DNA of 64,000 nt from an uncultured delta proteobacterium (GTDB lineage: Bacteria; Desulfobacterota; DSM-4660; Desulfatiglandales; HGW-15): NCBI GenBank assembly GCA_963740905.1, contig CAVUFY010000013.1:264147-328146 (forward strand). The letters run 5' to 3'. Position numbers and translations under genes: made by a program. Below the pieces are notes generated by a model. It searched no databases and was not told the DNA's origin. It saw nothing but the letters and a program-made list of their open reading frames with translations. Positions 18,860 through 27,891 of the stretch are shown piece by piece (within the stretch, counting starts at the first letter, position 1; each line of letters begins with the position of its first letter).

Positions 18860-19135
18860 ATGAATAAATCACAACTGGTGGAAGCCTTGGCCAAGTCCGA
18901 GAATCTTGCCCTCAAGAAGGCCGAAGAAGTGGTCAACACGGTTTTCGGAGACATGGAGAAGGCCTTGATCAACGGGGAAAGGGTGGAAATTAGAGGCTTT
19001 GGGAGCTTCAAGATCAAGAAGTATGAAGGCTACCAGGGCCGGAACCCGAAAACCGGCGAGATCATCAACGTGGCGTCAAAAAAACTCCCTTTCTTCAAAG
19101 TCGGCAAAGAGCTCAAAGACCGGGTGGATATTTAG
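18860..19135 (+). CDS. ihfB: HU/IHF-family DNA-binding protein (IHF-beta-like)
   Basis: MNKSQLVEALA...GERVEIRGFGSFKIK...GRNPKTGE...FKVGKELKDRV. The start is at the internal ATG 18860 of ORF 18683..19135. Confidence 0.8.
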   Translation: MNKSQLVEALAKSENLALKKAEEVVNTVFGDMEKALINGERVEIRGFGSFKIKKYEGYQGRNPKTGEIINVASKKLPFFKVGKELKDRVDI

Positions 19136-19144
19136 GCATCAACC

Positions 19145-19412
19145 TTGGTCGTGCTAGACGGGGAGCCAGCGGTGCCCTGTAACCCGAAAACCGCTTACGC
19201 GGGGTCGAAAGTCCTTGTTGAGAGCCGCGCGTCGGTTCTGCCCCTTGTCGCCTCTCGCAAAGGGTGGACCTCACGTGACAGACGGTTACAAACCCCGTCA
19301 GGTCCGGGAGGAAGCAGCGGTAAGTAATGCGGTCTGTGTCGTGATGAAACCTACCCGTTTCGGAGGTGTTGAAGACAGGCCGGTGCGAGTTCGAAGGAGG
19401 ATGCACGACCAA
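19145..19412 (+). ncRNA. ffs: Signal recognition particle RNA, long (Alu-domain, Bacillus-type) form
   Basis: The 5' end GGTCGTGCTAGACGGGGAGCCAGCGGTGCCCTGTAACC closely resembles the 5' Alu domain of B. subtilis scRNA as I recall it. The S-domain core GTCAGGTCCGGGAGGAAGCAGC is present. The 3' GCACGACCAA pairs with the 5' TTGGTCGTGC. Confidence 0.85.
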
Positions 19413-19473
19413 GGTCTTTGATAGTCCCTTCCCAGGCAGTTCTCCCGCCAAGATTCAGGAAGGATCGTTGCCC

Positions 19474-20277
19474 ATGGAGCGCGGGACTGCCCTTATCCAT
19501 CCTGTTTCCAGTGCTCCTGTCCTGCCTCCTATGGAAGTCGTTTCTTTTCACTTTCCGGCTCTTTCAGGCGAGGCCGGATTGAGGCATGCCGTGTACACGA
19601 GACGAGGGGGTGTCAGCCGATCTCCCTATGACAGCCTTAACACAAGCTACAGTGTGGGTGACGCGGAAGAGCGTGTCACAATCAACCTTCTCATTATCCA
19701 ACAATCGATAGGAGCCCGGCACCTACTCTGTATGGATCAGGTTCACGGCACCAATGTCGCGGTCTTTGAGCATGAGGCGCAGGTTCTTCGAAGTGGCGGT
19801 GCATCCGCAGCGGACGCCATGGTAACCAATCTTCCGGGTGTCGCTCTCATGGTGAAGCAGGCCGACTGCCAAAGCGTCATCCTATTTGACCCCAGGAAAA
19901 GGGTCATTGCCAATGTGCATTGCGGTTGGAGAGGGAACAAGGCCAATGTTCTGGGCACGGTGATTGATCGGATGAGGTCGTCCTTCGGGATTTCTCCAGC
20001 TGAAATGAGAGCCGCCGTTGGACCCTCCCTCGGTCCCTGTTGCGCCGAGTTTACTTCTTACAGAACGATGTTTCCGCAGAGCTTCGAGCCGTTCATGGTG
20101 AGCAAAGATCACTTTGATCTATGGGCAATCAGCCGGTGGCAGCTTCTTGAGGCGGGGATGCGTAGAGAGAGGATCGAGGTTGCGGGAATATGCAATAGGT
20201 GCCGCACTGACCTGTTTTTCTCTTACAGGGGCGAGGGGACCACGGGACGATTCGCCACAGCGGTCATGTTGGAATAG
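19474..20277 (+). CDS. pgeF: YfiH/PgeF-family (purine nucleoside phosphorylase / peptidoglycan editing factor) protein
   Basis: HAVYTRRGGVS...DQVHG...DA...ADC..V...HCGWRG... pattern. The start is uncertain (19474 or 19531); the upstream part of the ORF overlaps the SRP RNA. Confidence 0.85.
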   Translation: MERGTALIHPVSSAPVLPPMEVVSFHFPALSGEAGLRHAVYTRRGGVSRSPYDSLNTSYSVGDAEERVTINLLIIQQSIGARHLLCMDQVHGTNVAVFEHEAQVLRSGGASAADAMVTNLPGVALMVKQADCQSVILFDPRKRVIANVHCGWRGNKANVLGTVIDRMRSSFGISPAEMRAAVGPSLGPCCAEFTSYRTMFPQSFEPFMVSKDHFDLWAISRWQLLEAGMRRERIEVAGICNRCRTDLFFSYRGEGTTGRFATAVMLE

Positions 20278-20645
20278 AATCTTGACCTGCGATTTCTTCG
20301 CAAGCTGCGGAGAAGTTCTGCAGGGGAATAGTTCCGACGAGTCCGGAACCGAAAATGGACCGCCCATTTAATCGCCCCAGGGTACTTAATCTTCTTCTGG
20401 GTAGGCGCTATCCAAGCCAACCGGAGAGGTTATCCTGTGGGGCTACCTCCATAGAGTTTTCGGCGCCGTTTCAGGTCACGGGAGAAAGGTGCGGCTCTGA
20501 GAGACCCCCCGGGGCTTGGCCGCACGGGGTTTGGTTGCGGTCGAATGCCTGCATTGGGGTACGGACCTTAAATTCCAACAGTTGACAAAGGAACGAAAAA
20601 ACATATTATGTGACAACGTCGATTTTTCACGCGGAGGAAAGAGCC

Positions 20646-20810
20646 ATGCCCACGTACGATTTCAGGTGCGAGAAATGCAACCGCAGGTTTACTCTCATCC
20701 TCTCCATCTCAGAGTACGAAAAGACAAAGTTTCGGTGTCCGAAATGCAAGAGCACGAAGGTGAAGCAGGAAATCTCGCCGTTTCAGGTCAAAACATCCAA
20801 GAAGAGCTGA
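20646..20810 (+). CDS. FmdB-family zinc-ribbon putative regulatory protein
   Basis: MPTYDFRCEKCNRRFT...FRCPKCKSTKVKQ. TTGACA-17-ATTATG lies upstream at about 20581. Confidence 0.75.
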   Translation: MPTYDFRCEKCNRRFTLILSISEYEKTKFRCPKCKSTKVKQEISPFQVKTSKKS

Positions 20811-20815
20811 TCATC

Positions 20816-21082
20816 ATGGAATGCCCTCATTGTCATAAGGAAATCGCCGGAAAACCCTGCCCTGCTTGCGGAAAGAACGTCCCTACGGAAAGTCGCTATT
20901 GCATGGAATGCGGGGCTCCTTTCAGGGAGGAATCTCCTATAACTGCGGATCAGGATGATTCTTTTGATCTTGACGATCGGGTCCTTTGTCCGGACGGCAC
21001 GTGTACCGGCATTATTGTTGAGGGGAAGTGCACCGAGTGCGGCAAGCCGTACCCGGAAAAAGAAAAGAGCAGTATCGAGTGA
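20816..21082 (+). CDS. Double zinc-ribbon domain protein
   Basis: MECPHCHKEIAGKPCPACGKNV...YCMECGAPF...CPDGTCTG...CTECGKPY. The start is at the internal ATG of ORF 20516..21082. Confidence 0.6.
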   Translation: MECPHCHKEIAGKPCPACGKNVPTESRYCMECGAPFREESPITADQDDSFDLDDRVLCPDGTCTGIIVEGKCTECGKPYPEKEKSSIE

Positions 21083-21133
21083 CCGGAACAAGATCACTCT
21101 ATTTGTGTTGCATAACCTCATGGAGGCTTTGGC

Positions 21134-21505
21134 TTGTACGAACTGAAGATCGTCACCCATATGGCCGCAGCCCATCAACTGAGGGAATATGAGGGTCAGT
21201 GCGAGAAGCTCCACGGTCACAATTGGAAAATTGAGGTATGCCTCACAGGCACGGAGTTGGGAGAAGATGGGCTCCTCATCGATTTCAGGAGGGTCAAAGA
21301 GGCCGCAGCCGCAATACTCGAAAAGTTGGACCACACTTTTCTGAACGAGGTGGAGCCTTTCAGGAGCATCAATCCTTCCTCTGAAAATATCGCCCGTTAT
21401 ATCTATCAATTCCTCAGCCGCGACCTCAACGACCAAAAAGTCGCGGTAAGCAAAGTCACAGCCTGGGAATCGGAGACCGCTTGTGCGACGTATATGGAAC
21501 CGTGA
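21134..21505 (+). CDS. queD: 6-carboxy-5,6,7,8-tetrahydropterin synthase
   Basis: AAHQLREYEGQCEKLHGHNWKIEV...LDHTFLNE. TTG start with TGGAGG upstream. Confidence 0.88.
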   Translation: MYELKIVTHMAAAHQLREYEGQCEKLHGHNWKIEVCLTGTELGEDGLLIDFRRVKEAAAAILEKLDHTFLNEVEPFRSINPSSENIARYIYQFLSRDLNDQKVAVSKVTAWESETACATYMEP

Positions 21506-21531
21506 CGCGGGCTGCCGGTGTCCGTGAACCC

Positions 21532-22287
21532 ATGCGCATATATGCCTTCATTCCTGCGCGCTACGAATCCACCCGCTTTCGGGGAAAACCCCTCCACTCC
21601 ATAGACGGAAAGCCGATGATTCGTCATGTGTATGAGCGCGCCTGCTCCTGTGAAGTGATCCAAGAGGTCTTTGTGGCTACGGATGACGAAAGGATTCTCC
21701 GTGAGGTGAATCGCTTCGGCGGCAAAGCTGTCATGACCGCTGCGAGCCATCTTTCGGGGTCAGACCGAATCGCCGAGGGTGCACAGGCACTAGGGCTCCG
21801 GGACGATGATTTGATCGTCAACATCCAAGGGGACCAGCCCGACTTCAAATCCGCCTCCGTGGACGATCTCATCCTGCCCTTCCAGAAGGGGGGCTCTGAC
21901 ATTCCGATGAGCACGCTTAAATACAGGATTAGGGATCCGAATGAAATCGAAGACCCAAAAGTTGTTAAGGTGGTCACGGACGTGGACGGTTGGGCTCTCT
22001 TTTTCTCCCGTTCTGCCATTCCCTTTTACCGGGACGCCGGAACTGAGCCGACATTTTTTAAGCACCTGGGCTTCTATGCTTACTCCTTACGATTCTTAAA
22101 GCAATTTGCGAGCCTTCCTCCGGAAAAACTCGAATCCGCCGAGAAGCTGGAGCAACTGCGCGCTCTTGAATATGGCTATAGAATAAAAGTTGTTGAAACG
22201 GCTTATGACTCCCCAGAAATCGATACACTGGAGGATGCCGAAAAACTGGAAAAGATCATTGTCCAGCGAAACGCTCGAATCGCATGA
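21532..22287 (+). CDS. kdsB: 3-deoxy-manno-octulosonate cytidylyltransferase
   Basis: MRIYAFIPARYESTRFRGKPL...GSDRIAE...NIQGDQP. Confidence 0.9.
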   Translation: MRIYAFIPARYESTRFRGKPLHSIDGKPMIRHVYERACSCEVIQEVFVATDDERILREVNRFGGKAVMTAASHLSGSDRIAEGAQALGLRDDDLIVNIQGDQPDFKSASVDDLILPFQKGGSDIPMSTLKYRIRDPNEIEDPKVVKVVTDVDGWALFFSRSAIPFYRDAGTEPTFFKHLGFYAYSLRFLKQFASLPPEKLESAEKLEQLRALEYGYRIKVVETAYDSPEIDTLEDAEKLEKIIVQRNARIA

Positions 22288-24017
22288 AGACCCTTTGGAA
22301 GCTCAAGGCGCCCTCTTCTCTTGCCTCGGAACTTGCCAGCGCCGCGGGTCTCTCCCCGCTGGAAGCCCAGATCCTGATGAACCGAGGTATCTCGGAAGTC
22401 AAAAGCGTGTCCTCCTTTCTCCTCCCTAGGCTGAATGATCTCACCGACCCCTTGATGTTCAAGGATATGAAAGAGGCGGTAGCCCTCATCCTCGAGGCGT
22501 TGAACAACCGGGAACCCATCACGGTGTACGGAGACTTCGACGCCGACGGATTCACATCCACGGCGCTTCTCCATAATTTCTTTTCAAGCCTCGGGGTTCC
22601 TGCGTTCTACTACATACCGGACCGCCTCACCGAAGGATACGGCCTCCATGCTGGTGCCCTGGCAAGAATCGCTGAGAAAGGCTCGGGCTTGCTCATCACC
22701 GTGGACTGCGGCGCGACCCATGGGGATGAGATCGTACACGCCGGATCTCTGGGACTCAAGGTTGTAGTCACCGATCATCACCAAGTGAGGGAAGACTTTA
22801 GGCCTCTATGCCCCGTGATCAATCCCCAACGCCCTGATTGCCATTTTCCTTTCAAACATCTGGCCGGCGTAGGCGTTGCCTTTTTTCTTGCCGTGGCTTT
22901 GAGGGCCGCTCTGCGAGAGACGGGGTGGTTCCGTCATAGACCGGAACCTGACTTGAAGAACTACCTCGATTTGGTTGCTCTCGGCACCGTGGCCGACATG
23001 GTTCCCCTTCTTGATCAGAATCGTATTCTGGTCAAGGCGGGACTGGAAAGGATCGGACAGTCACAGTGGCCGGGCATTCAGGCCCTTGTACAACTCGCCC
23101 ACGTCAACCCTGCCTCCGTTTCCTCCGCCGACGTGGCTTACAGAATGGCGCCACGGCTCAACGCGTCGGGAAGGATGGGAGAGGCCGAGGTCGGGGTTAT
23201 GGTCCTCACGGCCGGTCAACCGGGACAGGCTGTGCACCTTGCCAAAAGGCTGGAAGCGATGAATGCAGAGCGTCAGCTCATTGAACGAAACATCATGGAG
23301 GAAATCGAGAACGCCTGTCTTTTGCCGGAAAATATAGAAGATCGAAGAACGATAGTTGTGGCAGGAAAGGGGTGGCACCGGGGAGTTCTGGGAATCGTCG
23401 CTTCAAGACTGTTGGAAAAGTACCATCGTCCGGTGGTGGTCCTGGACGTTGAGAACGGCACTGCTTCGGGCTCAGGGAGGAGCATTCCCGGATTCAATCT
23501 CTACCGGGCGCTTACGAGACTCGCGCACCTTTTCGAAAGATACGGCGGCCACGAACATGCCGCAGGCTTGGCCCTCAAGGCCTCGAGAGTAGACGCCCTC
23601 ACTTGGGAACTGGAAAATCTTGCCCAAAAGGAGCTGAAAGAGGAAGACCTGTTTCATTCCATCCAGGTAGATGCCGAGGTCAGGTTTGAAGAATTGGGGC
23701 TTGGCCTTACTCGCCGCTTCACGTCCTTGTCTCCTTTTGGTCCAGGAAATCCGGAGCCCTTGTTTTATTCCCGGTCCGTGGAGGTCGTGGAGTCCAGAAT
23801 CGTGGGCGAAAGACACCTTAAGCTCAAGGTGAAGCAGGGTCAAACCGTCTTCGAAGCCATCGGATTCGGTTTGGGAGAGAAACATCCTCTTGACGGCAAG
23901 TTGATCAATATCGTCTTCTCACCGCAAATCGATCGGTGGCGGGGATATGAGAAAATTCAGCTGCGATTGGCCGACTTGGAGCCGATCGACCAACCATCAA
24001 AGCTTGTCATAAACTGA
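22284..24017 (+). CDS. recJ: Single-stranded-DNA-specific exonuclease RecJ
   Basis: DHH motifs (YGDFDADG, VTDHH) and the DHHA1 region GGHEHAAG. ATGA overlap with kdsB. Confidence 0.93.
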   Translation: MKTLWKLKAPSSLASELASAAGLSPLEAQILMNRGISEVKSVSSFLLPRLNDLTDPLMFKDMKEAVALILEALNNREPITVYGDFDADGFTSTALLHNFFSSLGVPAFYYIPDRLTEGYGLHAGALARIAEKGSGLLITVDCGATHGDEIVHAGSLGLKVVVTDHHQVREDFRPLCPVINPQRPDCHFPFKHLAGVGVAFFLAVALRAALRETGWFRHRPEPDLKNYLDLVALGTVADMVPLLDQNRILVKAGLERIGQSQWPGIQALVQLAHVNPASVSSADVAYRMAPRLNASGRMGEAEVGVMVLTAGQPGQAVHLAKRLEAMNAERQLIERNIMEEIENACLLPENIEDRRTIVVAGKGWHRGVLGIVASRLLEKYHRPVVVLDVENGTASGSGRSIPGFNLYRALTRLAHLFERYGGHEHAAGLALKASRVDALTWELENLAQKELKEEDLFHSIQVDAEVRFEELGLGLTRRFTSLSPFGPGNPEPLFYSRSVEVVESRIVGERHLKLKVKQGQTVFEAIGFGLGEKHPLDGKLINIVFSPQIDRWRGYEKIQLRLADLEPIDQPSKLVIN

Positions 24018-24066
24018 CAGGCAATCGCTTAACGGAGGTCGCGGAGCATTTGACGTGATACTGATC

Positions 24067-24549
24067 CTAATCCTTGAATATGCGCGCCGCCGCATCGATA
24101 TCTTCAGGTGAGAAGACGAAAAGCGATGTCTTGTCCCCCGGCGTCGCCGACCCATAGACGTAGCTGATATTGATGCCTTCCTCTCCGAACTTCTTCGCCA
24201 TCCGTGCAAGCGTGCCTGGTTTGTTTTCGATTTCCAGCGCGATCACCGGCATGATGTCAAAGATGTAGCCTGCCTTGGAAAGAAGATCGATCGCTTTGTC
24301 CGTACTGGTTGCCAGAAGACGAATGAGTGCAAAGTCGGCCGAGTCTTTTTGCATGGACCCGTAAGATGCCGCCGGGGCGATTCTCTTCAAGGATTTCCCT
24401 CTGGCCTTGAAGAGTTCCTTCACGTAAGCGGAGGCGTCCTGAATGGTCATGGCATCAATATTGATGCCCTCGTTTCCCAGGAGGCTCGCCAGTTTGCCTA
24501 GCTCGCCGGGCACATTTTCCAAAAAGAGCTGGATCTCTGTTCTCACCAC
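24067..24549 (-). CDS. Tandem ACT-domain protein
   Basis: Two repeats of the ..ENVPGELGKLA..L...GINI.. / ..ENKPGTLARMAKKFGEEGINI.. type. Confidence 0.75.
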   Translation of the reverse strand: MVRTEIQLFLENVPGELGKLASLLGNEGINIDAMTIQDASAYVKELFKARGKSLKRIAPAASYGSMQKDSADFALIRLLATSTDKAIDLLSKAGYIFDIMPVIALEIENKPGTLARMAKKFGEEGINISYVYGSATPGDKTSLFVFSPEDIDAAARIFKD

Positions 24550-24583
24550 TTCCTCACTCCTTCAAAAACCCTGTCACCTTCTT

Positions 24584-25525
24584 TCACTTCTTCACTTCAT
24601 ATCCCTTGAAAAACCTCAGCAATTCTGAATCCGTGGACAGAAGGAGGGACGTACTCTTGTCCATGGTTTCCTTGTAAATATCCAGAGTCTGCACAAAGGA
24701 GTAAAACTCAGGGTCTTTCCCGTAGGATTGAGCGTAGATCCGCGTAGCCTCGGCATCAGCCTTCCCCTTGGCCTCTTGCGCTGTCTTGTACGCCTGCGAG
24801 GTGATCTGCTTCAGCTCCTTTTCCATGTCGCCTTCAATTTTCCGGGCTTCTCCCTTTCCTTCGGAGCGAAACTTCTCCGCAATCTGCTTCCTTTCAGCGA
24901 TCATCCTGCCGTAAACCGACTTCTGAACTTCTTCGACATAGTTCAACATCTTAATCTTCACGTCGACAAGCTCAATGCCGAATTTGTCCAATTTGGGCTG
25001 GGCCTGATCCAGAATTCCCTTGGTGATCTGGCGTCTCCCCATCTTGACTTCGCCCAGCGGGCTCGCATCCTTTACCGCGTCCACGCCCACTTCGAAGGTG
25101 TCGAGCTCACGATTGGTCATTCTCACGGTTTCGATGAGAGGATAGGAGGTGACAAAATTGCGCACCGCAGAGTCGAGGATGTCGTCCAGACGTCCCATGG
25201 CGCCTGTCAAGTTGCCCACGGTCTGAAAAAACTTGAGAGGGTCCACGATCTTCCACCGCGCAAAGGTATCCACCCAGATGAAAGTCTTGTCCAGAGTAGG
25301 AATCTGGCCGGGATCACCATCCCATTCCAGGAGATTCTTTGGAAAATAGTTGGCCTGCTGGACTATCGGGATCTTGAAATATAATCCCGGTGTTTTCTTG
25401 GGTTCACCGATCGCTTTACCGAATTGGGTGATGACCACCTGTTCCGTTTCATCCACCACGTAGGCAGTGCTGAATACCGCGATGATGATAATGACAAGGG
25501 CTACGATCAGTCCTTTTGATTTCAC
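24584..25525 (-). CDS. hflC: Protease modulator HflC (SPFH/band 7)
   Basis: N-terminal TM helix plus an SPFH domain. It is overlap-coupled to hflK. Confidence 0.9.
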   Translation of the reverse strand: MKSKGLIVALVIIIIAVFSTAYVVDETEQVVITQFGKAIGEPKKTPGLYFKIPIVQQANYFPKNLLEWDGDPGQIPTLDKTFIWVDTFARWKIVDPLKFFQTVGNLTGAMGRLDDILDSAVRNFVTSYPLIETVRMTNRELDTFEVGVDAVKDASPLGEVKMGRRQITKGILDQAQPKLDKFGIELVDVKIKMLNYVEEVQKSVYGRMIAERKQIAEKFRSEGKGEARKIEGDMEKELKQITSQAYKTAQEAKGKADAEATRIYAQSYGKDPEFYSFVQTLDIYKETMDKSTSLLLSTDSELLRFFKGYEVKK

Positions 25526-26562
25526 TGTTTCCCTCCTTTGGAGTTGCCGAGGTTCAGTAGGGGAAGGAGGTTTTTCTGTTCTCCGTCCACAACGTATTTC
25601 TCGCCCATTTTCGGCAGGATTTCCCGAATCGCCTCGAGGTACAGACGTCGCCTGGTCACGTCCGTCGCCTTGGCGTATTCCTCATAGAGGGACGAGAACC
25701 TCGCAGCATCTCCCTGTGCCCTGTTGACCCGGTCGAGAGCATATCCCTCAGCTTCCCGGATCGTCTTCTCCGCATCCCCCCTGGCCTGAGGGATGCGTTT
25801 GTTGTATTCTTCGCGGGCCTGGTAGATCATCTTCTCCTTGTCCTGAACCGCCTGATTCACTTCGTTGAAGGAGGGCTGAACCGGCTCAGGCACGTTGGTC
25901 TTCTTCATCTCGATGGTGGTGACGCTGATACCTGTTTCCGCCTCGTCCAGTTCCTTCTGCAAAAGGCTTTGGGCCTGCGCTGCGATCTCTTCTCTTTTGC
26001 TGATGACTTCGTTGATGCTCCGGTCTCCAACCACGAGACGCATGGTCGCTTCCGACAGGTCCCTCAAAGTACTCCGGGGATTTCTGACCTTGAAAAGAAA
26101 GTTGTAGGGATCTTTGATACGATATTGGACGATCCAAGGTACCACGGCAACGTTAAGGTCGCCTGTGAGCATCAGAGACTCGGGGAGATAGGCGTCCCCG
26201 GAGGCATAGCGAGTTCTCACATCAGCTTTGAGGGTCCGAAACCCGAATTCCTCTTTGTAAACGAATCTGACCTTCACCTTGGTGACTTTCTCGATTCCGC
26301 TCGGCAGTTTAAAACTGAGGCCCGGGGGCGTGGTCCGCACGTACTCGCCGAACCTTTGCACGATGCCCACCTCATCGACGCCCACAGTATAAAAGGTCGA
26401 AGAGCCCAAGTATAAGATGATGAGAAGAACGATGATGAGCCAGACCCCGGGGACCTTGCCCTTCACTCCCTTAATCCTGTTGATCACATCGTTTACCTGG
26501 GGAGGGGGTCCGCCGCCGCCTCCCCGTCTCTGCTGCTGAAGTTTTTCCCAGTCCCAAGCCAT
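25522..26562 (-). CDS. hflK: Protease modulator HflK (SPFH/band 7)
   Basis: MAWDWEKLQQQRRGGGGGPPP..., a TM helix and an SPFH domain. The start is at the internal ATG (ORF extends to 26652). Confidence 0.9.
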   Translation of the reverse strand: MAWDWEKLQQQRRGGGGGPPPQVNDVINRIKGVKGKVPGVWLIIVLLIILYLGSSTFYTVGVDEVGIVQRFGEYVRTTPPGLSFKLPSGIEKVTKVKVRFVYKEEFGFRTLKADVRTRYASGDAYLPESLMLTGDLNVAVVPWIVQYRIKDPYNFLFKVRNPRSTLRDLSEATMRLVVGDRSINEVISKREEIAAQAQSLLQKELDEAETGISVTTIEMKKTNVPEPVQPSFNEVNQAVQDKEKMIYQAREEYNKRIPQARGDAEKTIREAEGYALDRVNRAQGDAARFSSLYEEYAKATDVTRRRLYLEAIREILPKMGEKYVVDGEQKNLLPLLNLGNSKGGKQ

Positions 26563-26785
26563 AAAAATCCCCTGTAAGAAAAATTTAATACCTGTTAAGG
26601 TATAAACGAATCGCTTCACGCGCGTCAAGCAGTAAAGCGCTCCCTGCCACAAGGCTTTCTTACGATCTTGATCTGTGAATTGTTGGCAGGGCGCGGAGAG
26701 GTTTCAAGTCCGGGATGGGAGGTGGTCTCTTCAGAGCCCCGGCCGGAAAAGAACTCCACGCTGTTAACCGCCATCATGAATTGTT

Positions 26786-27094
26786 ATGAGTGAAAAAAAA
26801 CCGACTCTCGTCGCGCTGAAAGACATCATGGCCGATTTGCTTGGGAGCCCCGATCTTCCTTTCAATCCGCAAGATGCTCTCATCTGGCGACTTTGGGACG
26901 AAGTTGTGGGCGACATGATCGCCCGAAACGCAAAGCCTGTCTGGATCAAGAAAGGACGGCTCAGGGTCAAGGTCTCTGATCCTATCTGGCTCCAGGAACT
27001 CTCTTTCATGGAGGCAAATATCAGGAAAAACCTTAACGAAAGGCTCGGTAGAATGGCCATAAACAAAATAGAGTTCAAGATGAGGTCGAGATAG
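26786..27094 (+). CDS. DUF721 (DciA-like) protein
   Basis: ...IWRLWDEVVGDMIARNAKPVWIKKGRLRVKVSDPIWLQELSF resembles DUF721. Confidence 0.65.
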   Translation: MSEKKPTLVALKDIMADLLGSPDLPFNPQDALIWRLWDEVVGDMIARNAKPVWIKKGRLRVKVSDPIWLQELSFMEANIRKNLNERLGRMAINKIEFKMRSR

Positions 27095-27803
27095 AGTCCC
27101 CTCCCTGCTCCAGCAAAGGAGGCAGGATCCTCAGGCCTGCCTTGCCTCCCCTTATCGCCTCGATGAAGACGAGTTTCGCCTCTCCCCCCATGTGAGGATA
27201 GTTGATCCTCATTTTCTTGGGTTCAAAATCAAAGCTTCGCATCTTCACCAGAAGCTCTGCCAACCGAACAGCAGGATAGACCATGGTGATTCGGCCTCTG
27301 GGCTTGATAACACGGCTTGCCGCGCATAAAACATCATTCAGGGAGGCCATGATCTCGTGTCTGGCAATGGCCTTTTCAGGATGGGGGTTGGTTTTTCCGC
27401 TCCGAGGAGCACGGTAGGGAGGATTGCACACGACAACATCTGCGATGGACGGTGCCAGGGGTGGATGCCTGATATCCCCGAGGATCACGCTCATTCTCTC
27501 TTCGAGTTCGTTCAGCACCCCATTGCGAAAGGCCCGATCCGCCAAGGCGGGCTGGATTTCAAGACATATGACGCGGGCCGCACCCGTGGTGCGAAGCAAC
27601 ATCAATGCGATCACTCCGCATCCTGCGCCCAGGTCCACGACCGAATCCCCCGGTCTGATGGTGACGAACTGGGAGAGCAGGACAGCATCCATAGAGAAAC
27701 GGTACCCTTTTGCCGATTGGATCATCCGCAGGCGACCTTCCATGAAGACGTCTACAGATTCTCCGGGCCGCAGTGGGACATCATGGCACGGGGTTGATTT
27801 CAT
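27075..27803 (-). CDS. SAM-dependent N6-adenine methyltransferase (TrmN6/YfiC-like)
   Basis: GYRFSMDAVLL, VDLGAGCGVIALML, VVCNPPYR (NPPY). Confidence 0.8.
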   Translation of the reverse strand: MKSTPCHDVPLRPGESVDVFMEGRLRMIQSAKGYRFSMDAVLLSQFVTIRPGDSVVDLGAGCGVIALMLLRTTGAARVICLEIQPALADRAFRNGVLNELEERMSVILGDIRHPPLAPSIADVVVCNPPYRAPRSGKTNPHPEKAIARHEIMASLNDVLCAASRVIKPRGRITMVYPAVRLAELLVKMRSFDFEPKKMRINYPHMGGEAKLVFIEAIRGGKAGLRILPPLLEQGGDSISTSS

Positions 27804-27891
27804 ACCGGAAATTCTACCTACCAGATCGTTCGGGCATGTCAAGCAAATTCAACGCATTGACGGTACCGGGGAAATCCGTTAATTTGTGTTG

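Noticed and set aside
20400-20560. Fragments resembling RNase P or tmRNA (CTCCATAGAG, GGAGAAAGGTGCGG, GGGGCTACC).
   Set aside because: The region is far too short. The universal cores are missing (GAGGAAAGTCCGGGC for RNase P; a tRNA-like acceptor/T-arm for tmRNA).
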